The notes under the pieces: model-generated
The model's input: the letters and a program-made list of their open reading frames with translations, nothing else
Database searches by the model: none
Told to the model about the DNA's origin: nothing
Shown here: one piece after another, positions 9,637 to 17,963 of the stretch
How positions within the stretch are numbered: position 1 is the first letter of the stretch
How the letters are laid out: each line of letters begins with the position of its first letter
Translations under genes and position numbers: made by a program
Assembly (NCBI GenBank): GCA_963795085.1
Contig: CAWCFX010000004.1
Location: forward strand, 640,001 to 704,000
Direction: 5' to 3'
Length of the DNA stretch: 64,000 bases
From: an uncultured Gemmatimonadales bacterium
Lineage (GTDB): Bacteria > Gemmatimonadota > Gemmatimonadetes > Gemmatimonadales > GWC2-71-9

Positions 9637-10211
9637 GCCCGCTGCAGCAACTCCTGTCGCTTCGGTTACCCCTCCGCTCCCCGGCAGTGGTCGAGGAATC
9701 GGAACTGAGCCAGGCCGCCGTGGCGGTACTGGTGGGATCAGACCCGGACGCAGTGCTTCTCATCCGGAGGTCGGAGCGGGACGGGGACCCCTGGTCCGGT
9801 CATATGGGTCTGCCTGGAGGGCGCCGCGGCCCCACGGATGAGCACCTGCTCGCTACGGCCATTCGAGAGACCATGGAAGAAGTCGGGGTCGAAATCCTGC
9901 CCCATCAATTGCTGGGAACGCTCGACGATGTCGCGCCCAAATCCAAGCCCGTCCTCCCGGTGTTCGCCCGCCCTTTCGTGTTCGCTGCCCAGGGCCACCC
10001 GGTGCTCCGGCCGAACCACGAGGTGTCCACCGCCCGCTGGGTTCCACTCCAGGCACTCACCGATCCTTTGAACGTCCGCCAGTTCTCAGTCCAGATCGGC
10101 GGCACCTCCCGCACTTTCCCTTCCTACCATCTTGTTGAGGGCCCGGTCTGGGGCATGACTGAGCGAATACTCACATCTCTCATCTACATAATCGGCGAAC
10201 CGACCAGCTAG
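9627..10211 (+). CDS. NUDIX hydrolase, CoA pyrophosphatase-like
   Basis: AAVAVL, WSGHMGLPGG, Nudix box TAIRETMEEVG, NHEV, VWGMT. Confidence 0.9.
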   Translation: MPLSPLQQLLSLRLPLRSPAVVEESELSQAAVAVLVGSDPDAVLLIRRSERDGDPWSGHMGLPGGRRGPTDEHLLATAIRETMEEVGVEILPHQLLGTLDDVAPKSKPVLPVFARPFVFAAQGHPVLRPNHEVSTARWVPLQALTDPLNVRQFSVQIGGTSRTFPSYHLVEGPVWGMTERILTSLIYIIGEPTS

Positions 10212-10270
10212 TGTCATAACTGTGGCGTCATGCTGGGAGCGGCTTGGTGGACTATTAGGTCGTGATAATC

Positions 10271-10312
10271 TTGACATTAGTGTTGGTTGAGTTAGGATTT
10301 AGTCTATCCTAA
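10271..10312 (+). promoter_or_regulatory. Sigma70-type promoter with overlapping DtxR/MntR-type palindromic operator
   Basis: TTGACA 10271-10276, 16-nt spacer, TAGGAT 10293-10298. Palindrome TTAGGAT-N7-ATCCTAA at 10292-10312 contains TTAG-N6-CTAA. Confidence 0.7.
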
Positions 10313-10325
10313 TTTCAGGGCACTC

Positions 10326-11018
10326 ATGGCTTCCGCCGCAGCGCAGGACCCGATCACCCGGTCGGTCGAAGACTACCTCAAGACCATCTACCATCTTTCC
10401 CTGCACGGCAATCCGGCGGGCACCAGCGATATCGCGCACGCCCTCGAACTGTCTCCGCCGTCGGTCAGCGGGATGGTGAAGCGGCTGGCCGAGCAGGGCC
10501 TGGTCCAGCATGCCCCCTACAAGGGAGTGGAATTGACTGGCCCGGGCCGGCGCCTGGCCCTCCGGATGGTGCGCCGGCACCGGCTGATCGAATCCTACCT
10601 GGTGGAGTTTCTGAACTACGACTGGGATACCGTGCACGAGGAAGCCGAGCGGCTGGAGCATGCCGTCTCCGACACCCTTATCGAACGGATGGCGTCCGCC
10701 CTGGGCGATCCGCTGGTGGATCCGCACGGTGACCCCATTCCCACGGCGGACGGGACCATCCTGGAGCTGGTCTTTACTCCGCTTCCCGAAGTCGCGGTGG
10801 GGGAGACGGTCGAGGTTCGCCGGGTGGACGTGCGGGACGCGGAACGGCTGCGGTACCTCGCTTCCCTGGGGCTCAAGCCGGGCGCCCGGGTTGCGGTTAC
10901 CGACCGGCAGCCGTTCAATGGACCCATCACCATCAGGACCGATTCGCGGGATCACATTTTGGGGTATGAGCTGGCGTTGTCGCTGCTCTGTGACGCGGTG
11001 CCGGCGGAGGGAGACTGA
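10326..11018 (+). CDS. DtxR/MntR family metal-dependent transcriptional regulator with FeoA-like C-terminal domain
   Basis: EDYLKTIY, HTH, RRHRLIE, HEEAERLEH, DPHGDPIP, and an SH3/FeoA-like tail. Confidence 0.95.
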   Translation: MASAAAQDPITRSVEDYLKTIYHLSLHGNPAGTSDIAHALELSPPSVSGMVKRLAEQGLVQHAPYKGVELTGPGRRLALRMVRRHRLIESYLVEFLNYDWDTVHEEAERLEHAVSDTLIERMASALGDPLVDPHGDPIPTADGTILELVFTPLPEVAVGETVEVRRVDVRDAERLRYLASLGLKPGARVAVTDRQPFNGPITIRTDSRDHILGYELALSLLCDAVPAEGD

Positions 11019-11020
11019 GA

Positions 11021-12043
11021 ATGGGTAAACTCTCGAAACTCCAGCTTTCCCGGCGGGACCTGCTCAAAGTCGGGGCCCTGGGCGGCGTGGGACTGGCCGC
11101 CGGGGGCAGCGCCTTTGTGCTGGGTGGCCAGGAACAGACGCCCCGTTCCGTTCCTGCCCCCGGATCTCACCATGACATGGTCACCATGGGCGAACTGCAG
11201 CCCGGCTCGTTCGATCCCACGGCTTACCTGCGGACTTTCGATACCGGGGTGGTCTCCACCCTTCCCAACGGGCAGACGCTGCGGGAGTACCAGCTGGTGG
11301 CGGAAGACCGGGAGATCGAGGTCGCGCCCGGGGTGTTTTATCCGGCATGGACTTATAACGGCAGCGTCCCGGGGCCCACGATTCGCTGCACCGAGGGAGA
11401 CCGGGTCCGGATCCGTTTCACCAACCGGGGCAGCCACGCGCACACCGTCCATTTCCACGGCATCCATGCGGCCATGATGGACGGCGCCTTTGAACCGGTG
11501 CAGCCGGGGCAGAGTTACACCTATGAGTTCGATGCCGAGCCGTTTGGTCTCCATCTGTATCATTGCCACACCGTGCCGATCAAGCGTCATATCCACAAGG
11601 GCCTCTACGGCGTATTCCTGATCGACCCGAAGGCGGGCCGTCCCCCGGCCCATGAGCTGGTCATGACGATGAACGCCTTCGATACCAACTTTGACGGCGA
11701 GAACGAAGTCTACGCCGTCAACACGGTGGCGTTTCACTACCAGAAGCATCCGATCACGCTGCAACTGGGTGAGGTGGTGCGCATCTACCTGGTCAACATC
11801 ACCGAGTTCGACCTGCTCAATTCGTTCCACCTGCACGGGAACTTCTTCAAGCTCTACCGGACCGGGACCGACCTCGAACGCTACGAGTTCACCGACACCG
11901 TCGCGCTCTGCCAGGGCGAACGGGCCGTGCTGGAGTTTACCTACAAGTTCCCGGGCATGTTCATGTTTCACGCGCACCAGAGCGAGTTCGCCGAGCTGGG
12001 CTGGGCCGGCATCTTCAATGTGAAGGCGTTACCCAATGCCTGA
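11021..12043 (+). CDS. Tat-exported two-domain multicopper oxidase
   Basis: SRRDLLK twin-arginine signal; HTVHFHG, YHCH...HIHKGL, FHLHG and FHAH copper motifs. Confidence 0.9.
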   Translation: MGKLSKLQLSRRDLLKVGALGGVGLAAGGSAFVLGGQEQTPRSVPAPGSHHDMVTMGELQPGSFDPTAYLRTFDTGVVSTLPNGQTLREYQLVAEDREIEVAPGVFYPAWTYNGSVPGPTIRCTEGDRVRIRFTNRGSHAHTVHFHGIHAAMMDGAFEPVQPGQSYTYEFDAEPFGLHLYHCHTVPIKRHIHKGLYGVFLIDPKAGRPPAHELVMTMNAFDTNFDGENEVYAVNTVAFHYQKHPITLQLGEVVRIYLVNITEFDLLNSFHLHGNFFKLYRTGTDLERYEFTDTVALCQGERAVLEFTYKFPGMFMFHAHQSEFAELGWAGIFNVKALPNA

Positions 12044-13253
12044 ACTCGACACGCTGCCGGAACGGGAGACCGTCACCCCGTCGCCGCCCCGGGGGGGCCT
12101 GCCGCTCTGGGCGAAAGGGCTGCTGCCGCTGCTCCTGCTGGGCCTGCTGCTCGCGGGATTCCTCGCCCTGGGGCCGGTGGGTGTCTTCCAGCGGGCCTTT
12201 CCGCCGGTGGAGGAGCTTACGGTCGAGCGGATCACGCTGCCGCGCCCCTATCGAATGGAAGTGCGGGTGGTCAACGGTGGGCCGGAACCGGTGACCATCG
12301 CGCAGGTCATGGTGGACGATGCCAACTGGGTCTTTGGCATCGACGGCAGCGCGACCGTGGACCGCCTGGCGACCCGGATCATTACGATTCCCTACCCCTG
12401 GGTCGAGGGAGAGCCGCATGTCGTCAAGGTGGTGACCAGCACCGGGCTCACCTTCGAAGGCGATGTCGCGGTAGCCACCCTGACCCCGGTTGCGGATGCG
12501 CGGTACCTGGGCACCTTTGCGCTCCTCGGGGTGTACGCCGGCGTGGTCCCGGTCCTGCTGGGTCTGCTCTGGTTTCCCTTTCTGCGTCAGGTGGATCGCC
12601 GGTGGGTGGATTTTTTCCTGGCGCTGACCATCGGCCTGCTGGGATTCATTGGCGTCGAGGCGCTGGCCGAGGCGCTGGAGACGTCCGGACGGGTGGCCAG
12701 GGCATTCCAGGGCACCGGCCTGGTAGTGATTGGCGTGCTGGCGGCGCCGCTGCTGCTCGCGTCGCTGGGGCGCTGGCGCGGCGCCGCCCGGGGCACCCGC
12801 CCCGGGTTCCATGTCGCGCTGCTGATCGCCATTGGAATCGGGTTACACAACCTCGGGGAGGGCCTGGCGATCGGGACATCCTACGCCACCGGCGAGATCA
12901 CCCTGGGCACTTCCCTCCTGGTAGGCTTCCTGCTCCACAACACCACGGAAGGCCTGGGGATCATTGCGCCCCTCTCCGGCGAGCGTCCCGGCTTCCGGCG
13001 CCTGGTGCTGCTGGGACTCATTGCCGGTGTCCCGACGGTGGTGGGCACCTGGATCGGTGGATTTTCCTACTCGCCCATCTGGACCACCCTGTTCTTTGCC
13101 CTCGGTGCCGGCGCCATCGTCCAGGTGATCTACGAACTCTTCCGCCTGTTCGCCCGCCGGGGCCCCGGGGCGCTGCTGGCGCCGCTCAACGTGGCCGGCC
13201 TGCTCGCCGGCGTGATGATCATGTACCTCACCGGCCTGCTGGCGGTCGGCTGA
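12036..13253 (+). CDS. ZIP family metal transporter with N-terminal extracytoplasmic domain
   Basis: HNLGEGLAIG and LLHNTTEG metal-site motifs, multiple TMs; overlaps the MCO stop. Confidence 0.88.
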   Translation: MPELDTLPERETVTPSPPRGGLPLWAKGLLPLLLLGLLLAGFLALGPVGVFQRAFPPVEELTVERITLPRPYRMEVRVVNGGPEPVTIAQVMVDDANWVFGIDGSATVDRLATRIITIPYPWVEGEPHVVKVVTSTGLTFEGDVAVATLTPVADARYLGTFALLGVYAGVVPVLLGLLWFPFLRQVDRRWVDFFLALTIGLLGFIGVEALAEALETSGRVARAFQGTGLVVIGVLAAPLLLASLGRWRGAARGTRPGFHVALLIAIGIGLHNLGEGLAIGTSYATGEITLGTSLLVGFLLHNTTEGLGIIAPLSGERPGFRRLVLLGLIAGVPTVVGTWIGGFSYSPIWTTLFFALGAGAIVQVIYELFRLFARRGPGALLAPLNVAGLLAGVMIMYLTGLLAVG

Positions 13254-13278
13254 CCTTTACAACTCTCCCGGTTTGCTC

Positions 13279-14088
13279 ATGCATCGTCTTGCCGTAATTG
13301 TCGGTCTGCTGTGCTGGAACGGGCCCCTCCTGGCCCAGGACCGGATCGAGGACAACAGCTTCCTGATCGAGGAGGCCTACAATCAGGAATCGGGCGTCGT
13401 CCAGCACATCAGTACCTTCGCCCGGGCCTCGATGGGCGACTGGGAATACACCTTCACCCAGGAATGGCCGTTCCTGGGCCAGGCCAACCAGGTGGGCTTC
13501 ACGATTCCGGTGGCTGGGCTCGACGCCGGAGCCGGCAGGGAAACCCGGATCGGAGACGTCGCGCTCAATTACCGGCGGCAACTGCTGGGGATCGGCGGCG
13601 GGCGGGTTGCCCTGAGTCCCCGGCTTTCGCTGCTTCTCCCGACCGGGCGGGAGGAGAGCGGTCACGGAGCCGGAGGCCTCGGTCTCCAGGCCAACCTGCC
13701 CGTGAGTCTCCTGATCACCGGCCGGCTGGTCACGCACTACAACGCCGGGTTCACCCTCACGCCGCGCGCCCGGAACGGGGCCGGAGCCAGGGCCAGCGCG
13801 TTCGGCTATCACGTGGGCGGGAGCGCGATCCTGCTGCTGACGCAGCGGCTCAACCTGATGGTCGAGGGTCTCTGGCTCAGCAACCAGGACGTGGTCGCCG
13901 GCGACCTCACCGCCGTGGTCCAGGAAGCCTACCTCAATCCCGGGTTCCGCTACGCGATCGACACCCCAGGGGGACTCCAGATCGTGCCCGGCATCGCCTA
14001 CACCATCGGGCTCGGTCCCAGCGAAGGCGACAACAGCATCTTTGTGTATTTGAGCCTGGAGCACAGGTTCAAGACGAGTGACAGGTGA
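13279..14088 (+). CDS. Putative outer-membrane beta-barrel transporter (MetA-pathway/SphA-like)
   Basis: Signal peptide, DNSFLIEEAYNQE, GDV-x-L-x-Y and LLLPTG patterns, amphipathic strands. Confidence 0.7.
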   Translation: MHRLAVIVGLLCWNGPLLAQDRIEDNSFLIEEAYNQESGVVQHISTFARASMGDWEYTFTQEWPFLGQANQVGFTIPVAGLDAGAGRETRIGDVALNYRRQLLGIGGGRVALSPRLSLLLPTGREESGHGAGGLGLQANLPVSLLITGRLVTHYNAGFTLTPRARNGAGARASAFGYHVGGSAILLLTQRLNLMVEGLWLSNQDVVAGDLTAVVQEAYLNPGFRYAIDTPGGLQIVPGIAYTIGLGPSEGDNSIFVYLSLEHRFKTSDR

Positions 14089-14151
14089 GCGTGAGGGGTG
14101 GGAGGGCGAAGAGGAGGGTGCTGCCTCTGGCCATGGGCCATGCGCTGCCGT

Positions 14152-15108
14152 TTACTCGGAGGGCACCTCCTCCTCGCTCAGGGCGTTGAGCAGCCGGGCC
14201 AGCCGGAGGTCGCGGGCCGCGCGCAACTGGGGAATCTGGGCCCCGTAGGTTTTCTCGATTGCCCGGGTCAGCCGGTGCTGGTCTTCGGAGCTGAGCTGGG
14301 TCCATCCGGCGAGGTGTTCCCAGCGGGCGGCATTGATACTGATGAGCCGGGCCAGCATGCCGGCTTCGTCCTCGTTCGGCCCCAGCAAGTTCGTAAGATG
14401 CGGGCCGGCCGCCGCCCAGCCCAACGCGGGGCCCATCTCCAGGACGGTATCCACGTCCACGATGTCCACCACGCCTTCCAGCACCAGGTGGATACACTCC
14501 CGCCAGACCGCCGCCGAAATCCGGCCGGCCACACTGCCGTCAATCTCCTTCTTCAGAATGACCGGCACCCGGCCGAGGCCGGTCAGCCAGAAACGAACGT
14601 CCTCGACGCAGTCGGAATCGGTGAGTGGGCTGGGGACAATCTCGACCGCCGGCAGCAGTTCGACTGGCTTGAGCGAATGGAGCACCAGCATTCGGTCGGG
14701 CCGGCGCAGCCGGCCGCAGAGGTTGCTGGGGAGAAGGTTCTGGGTGTTGCTGGTGATGACCGCCTTGAGGCGGCAGACTTGTTCGACCTGCTCGAGGACC
14801 CGCTGTTTCGCACCCAGGTCGTCAGTGGTGGCCTCGATGATCCAGTCGGCTTCGGTCACGGCATGGAGCAGGCTGCGGCCCAGGCGAAGCTCACTCAGCC
14901 CGACCGCGGTGGTGGCTTCGTCGGCATGGCCCATGGCGGCCAGCGAATGGGTACGCCGACCGATGGTGGCCTGGGCCCGTTGCAGCTGCCCGGTGTTGGT
15001 GTCGTAGATGGTCACGGACCAGCCCCGGGAGACGGCCAGCGCTGCCCACCCGCAACCGACGTCTCCGGCACCGAGAATTGCGACCCTGGGGGGAACGAGA
15101 TCAGGCAT
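14152..15108 (-). CDS. 3-hydroxyacyl-CoA dehydrogenase family protein
   Basis: Rossmann ILGAGDVGCGWA, ADWIIEA, VITSNT, KKEIDG, MGP. Confidence 0.85.
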   Translation of the reverse strand: MPDLVPPRVAILGAGDVGCGWAALAVSRGWSVTIYDTNTGQLQRAQATIGRRTHSLAAMGHADEATTAVGLSELRLGRSLLHAVTEADWIIEATTDDLGAKQRVLEQVEQVCRLKAVITSNTQNLLPSNLCGRLRRPDRMLVLHSLKPVELLPAVEIVPSPLTDSDCVEDVRFWLTGLGRVPVILKKEIDGSVAGRISAAVWRECIHLVLEGVVDIVDVDTVLEMGPALGWAAAGPHLTNLLGPNEDEAGMLARLISINAARWEHLAGWTQLSSEDQHRLTRAIEKTYGAQIPQLRAARDLRLARLLNALSEEEVPSE

Positions 15109-15204
15109 GAGTGGGTACACGATAACGAAAAGCCCGGCGGGAGTCCATTGAACGGCGGCACCCATGCCGCAGCCGGTTCCGGGGCCGGGTAGATTGAGGA
15201 CCTG

Positions 15205-16068
15205 ATGACGCGCACCCTGGTTTTCCGCCTGGGGGGACTGGTGGCCGGCCTGGGCCTTTTGCTGGGCCGGGTACCGGCCCTGTCCGGCCAGGCGCCGGCT
15301 CCAGCCCCGTCGCCGGTGGCGGTCGAACGCCGCCTGGCGGAACGCCTGGGGCTGGCCATCGGTGACGCGGTGGCGCTCGGCACCCATCCCGATTCAATAG
15401 GTCACGCCGGGGTGGTAGCCGCGATCTACGAGCCGGCACCCGATCCCGCTTCAATTACCCGGCGGGAACTGGGTGTGCGCATGCACCTCCCGGATCTGGC
15501 GGCGATGCTCCGGGTGCCGGACCGGGTGGACCGCCTCGGCGTTCGGCTGCGGCCCGGTGTGGATCCGGATAGCGCCGCGGCCCGGCTCAACCAGCTGGCC
15601 TTCGGGTTCCGGGCCCATTCCTCCCGGGCGATTGCCGCCGGGTCTTCCCAGACCTTCCGGGTGGTGAGCCGGTTTCACCGGGCGATTGCCGTCATTTCCA
15701 TTGTGGCCAGCGCGGTGTTCCTGCTCTGCATCATGCTGCTCAAGGTGGAGGAGCGCCGGCGTGATGCCGCTCTCATGCGGTTGATTGGCGTCCGCCGCCG
15801 GGTCATCTTCGGCGCACTGCTCCTGGAAGCGGTCGCCGTGGCGCTAATCGGCTCCGCGGCAGGGGTACTGCTGGCGGCAGCGGCCGGCGCGGTCACCAAC
15901 CTGTATTACCAGCGGCTCTTCGACACCGCATTGATTTTCTCCCGGATTACCGCCGACATCGTCCTTTTCAGCGTGGCGCTTTCCCTCCTGCTCGGCGTGG
16001 GCGCCGGGGCGCTGGCTGCCACCCGGTTGATCCGGACTCCACCCCTGGTGCTGTGGGGCCGGGGATGA
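15205..16068 (+). CDS. ABC transporter permease (FtsX/MacB-like)
   Basis: VEERRRDAALMRLIG motif, C-terminal TMs, short periplasmic domain. Confidence 0.85.
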   Translation: MTRTLVFRLGGLVAGLGLLLGRVPALSGQAPAPAPSPVAVERRLAERLGLAIGDAVALGTHPDSIGHAGVVAAIYEPAPDPASITRRELGVRMHLPDLAAMLRVPDRVDRLGVRLRPGVDPDSAAARLNQLAFGFRAHSSRAIAAGSSQTFRVVSRFHRAIAVISIVASAVFLLCIMLLKVEERRRDAALMRLIGVRRRVIFGALLLEAVAVALIGSAAGVLLAAAAGAVTNLYYQRLFDTALIFSRITADIVLFSVALSLLLGVGAGALAATRLIRTPPLVLWGRG

Positions 16069-17246
16069 GCGCGATCCGGAACCTGCGGCGGCATCCGCTC
16101 CGCACCGCCCTGGCGGTGCTCGGACTGGCGGTCAGTTCGGCCATGCTGCTCGACATGATCCTGCTCTCCGGCGGACTGGAGCGTTCCTTCGAACAGCTCC
16201 TCCTGAACCGGGGATACCAGGTCCGCATCAGTCCCAAAGGGACGCTTCCGTTCGACTCCGATGCCAGCATCGCCGGCGCCGGTCGCCTGCTGGATTCGCT
16301 CCGCGCGGTGCCCGGCGTCGCGGCGGTGGCGCCCGTCCTGGGAGCCTCGCTGCACGGCCGCCGGGGCGATTCACTACTCACGCTGGTCGGCTATGGTATC
16401 GATCCGGCCAACCAGGCGATGTACCAGGTGGAGGCGGGCCGCGACCTCGATCCCCGCGACACGGCGGGAATCCTCCTCAGCCTCCCCGCCCAGCGGGACC
16501 TGGGGATCACCATGGGCGACAGTATTACGGTGGCGGGGGCCCTCGACCCCCAGATGGCGCGGGCCGGACTGGAACGTACCATGGTGGTCAGAGGACTGGT
16601 CCGCTGGCTCTATGATCCGGAGGGACAACCGTCGGTGGGCACCGTGCTTTCCGTCGCCCAGCGGCTGCGGGGACCGGGCGGCGCGGACCGGGTGTCGTTC
16701 ATCGCGGTGCGGGTGGCGGATGGCACCGAGGTCTCCGCCCTGACGAACCGGCTGCGGGCGAGGTGGCCGCTGCTCGAGGTCAACAGCGTGGGCGACCTGG
16801 TCGCGCACTTCCGGACCCGCATGGTCTATTTCCACCAGCTCGCGTTCATCCTGGGCAGCATCAGCCTGGTGGTGACCCTGCTCCTGGTCGCCACCCTCCT
16901 GACGATCACCGTCAACGAGCGGCGGGGCGAGATCGCCACGCTCCGCGCCATCGGGGTGGGACGGATGCATATCGTGCGGGACGTCATGCTGGAGGGACTG
17001 GCCCTGACCGTCATCGGCGGCCTGGCCGGGGTGGCGCTCGGCCTGGTGACGGCCCGGTACCTGGACATCATCCTCACTTCCTTTCCCGGGCTGCCGGCGT
17101 CCATATCGTTTTTCGTGCCGCGGACCCGGGGCCTCGTGACGGCTGGCATCGTCCTACTCCTGAGCGGCACGCTGGCGGGTGCCTATCCGGCGTGGCTCGC
17201 CGCCAGCGCACCCATCGCTGAAGCCCTGCGCACGGAGGCGGCATGA
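16065..17246 (+). CDS. ABC transporter permease (MacB/LolC-like)
   Basis: RNLRRHPLRT, periplasmic core, VNERRGEIATLRAIG, YPAWLAA...EALR. Confidence 0.9.
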   Translation: MSAIRNLRRHPLRTALAVLGLAVSSAMLLDMILLSGGLERSFEQLLLNRGYQVRISPKGTLPFDSDASIAGAGRLLDSLRAVPGVAAVAPVLGASLHGRRGDSLLTLVGYGIDPANQAMYQVEAGRDLDPRDTAGILLSLPAQRDLGITMGDSITVAGALDPQMARAGLERTMVVRGLVRWLYDPEGQPSVGTVLSVAQRLRGPGGADRVSFIAVRVADGTEVSALTNRLRARWPLLEVNSVGDLVAHFRTRMVYFHQLAFILGSISLVVTLLLVATLLTITVNERRGEIATLRAIGVGRMHIVRDVMLEGLALTVIGGLAGVALGLVTARYLDIILTSFPGLPASISFFVPRTRGLVTAGIVLLLSGTLAGAYPAWLAASAPIAEALRTEAA

Positions 17247-17959
17247 CGAACGGCCTGGGCGCCGGGGGGCCAGGGGGCCGGGCAGTCGTGCTGCGGGCGG
17301 TGGATGTCCGAAAGGACTACCCGATGAACGGGGAGCAGGTGCATGCCGTGCGCGGGGTCTCGCTTGAAATAGAAACGGGCAGCCATACCGCCATCGTGGG
17401 GCCATCCGGCTGCGGCAAGTCCACCCTGCTGCACCTGCTCGGTGGCATTGACACTCCCAGTGCCGGGTTGGTGGAGATTCTCGGCACTTCGTTGTCACAG
17501 CTGACCAGCAGCCAGCTGACCCGGCTGCGCCTGCTCCGGCTGGGATTCATTTTCCAGCGGTTTCACCTGCTCCCGGTGCTCAGCGCGCGGGAAAACATCG
17601 AGTTGCCCCTGGCCGAGGCGGGGGTGCCGGGGCGGGAGCGGCGGGCCCGGGCTCTGGAGCTGCTGCGGTACGTGGGCCTCGGCGCGCGCGCCGACCACCG
17701 GGCGACCCAGCTCTCCGGCGGAGAGATGCAGCGGGTGGCCATCGCCCGCGCGATGGCGAACCGCCCCGCCATACTCCTCGCCGACGAACCCACCGGCGAA
17801 CTGGATGCCCGCACCGGCCGGGAGATTCTCGATCTCTTCCGCCGGCTCAACCAGGACGGCACCACGCTGGTCGTGGTCACCCACGACGAGCACCTGGCCG
17901 CCGAGGCCGGACAGCGCATCCATATGCTGGACGGCCGCATCGTGCCGGCGGAGCGGTAG
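17243..17959 (+). CDS. ABC transporter ATP-binding protein (LolD/MacB-like)
   Basis: GPSGCGKST, LSGGEMQRVAIARA, LADEPTG, VTHD. Confidence 0.95.
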   Translation: MTNGLGAGGPGGRAVVLRAVDVRKDYPMNGEQVHAVRGVSLEIETGSHTAIVGPSGCGKSTLLHLLGGIDTPSAGLVEILGTSLSQLTSSQLTRLRLLRLGFIFQRFHLLPVLSARENIELPLAEAGVPGRERRARALELLRYVGLGARADHRATQLSGGEMQRVAIARAMANRPAILLADEPTGELDARTGREILDLFRRLNQDGTTLVVVTHDEHLAAEAGQRIHMLDGRIVPAER

Positions 17960-17963
17960 GGGC

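Noticed and set aside
11021..12043. Copper nitrite reductase nirK
   Set aside because: The His pattern fits a trinuclear-site two-domain oxidase, and the context is metal homeostasis.
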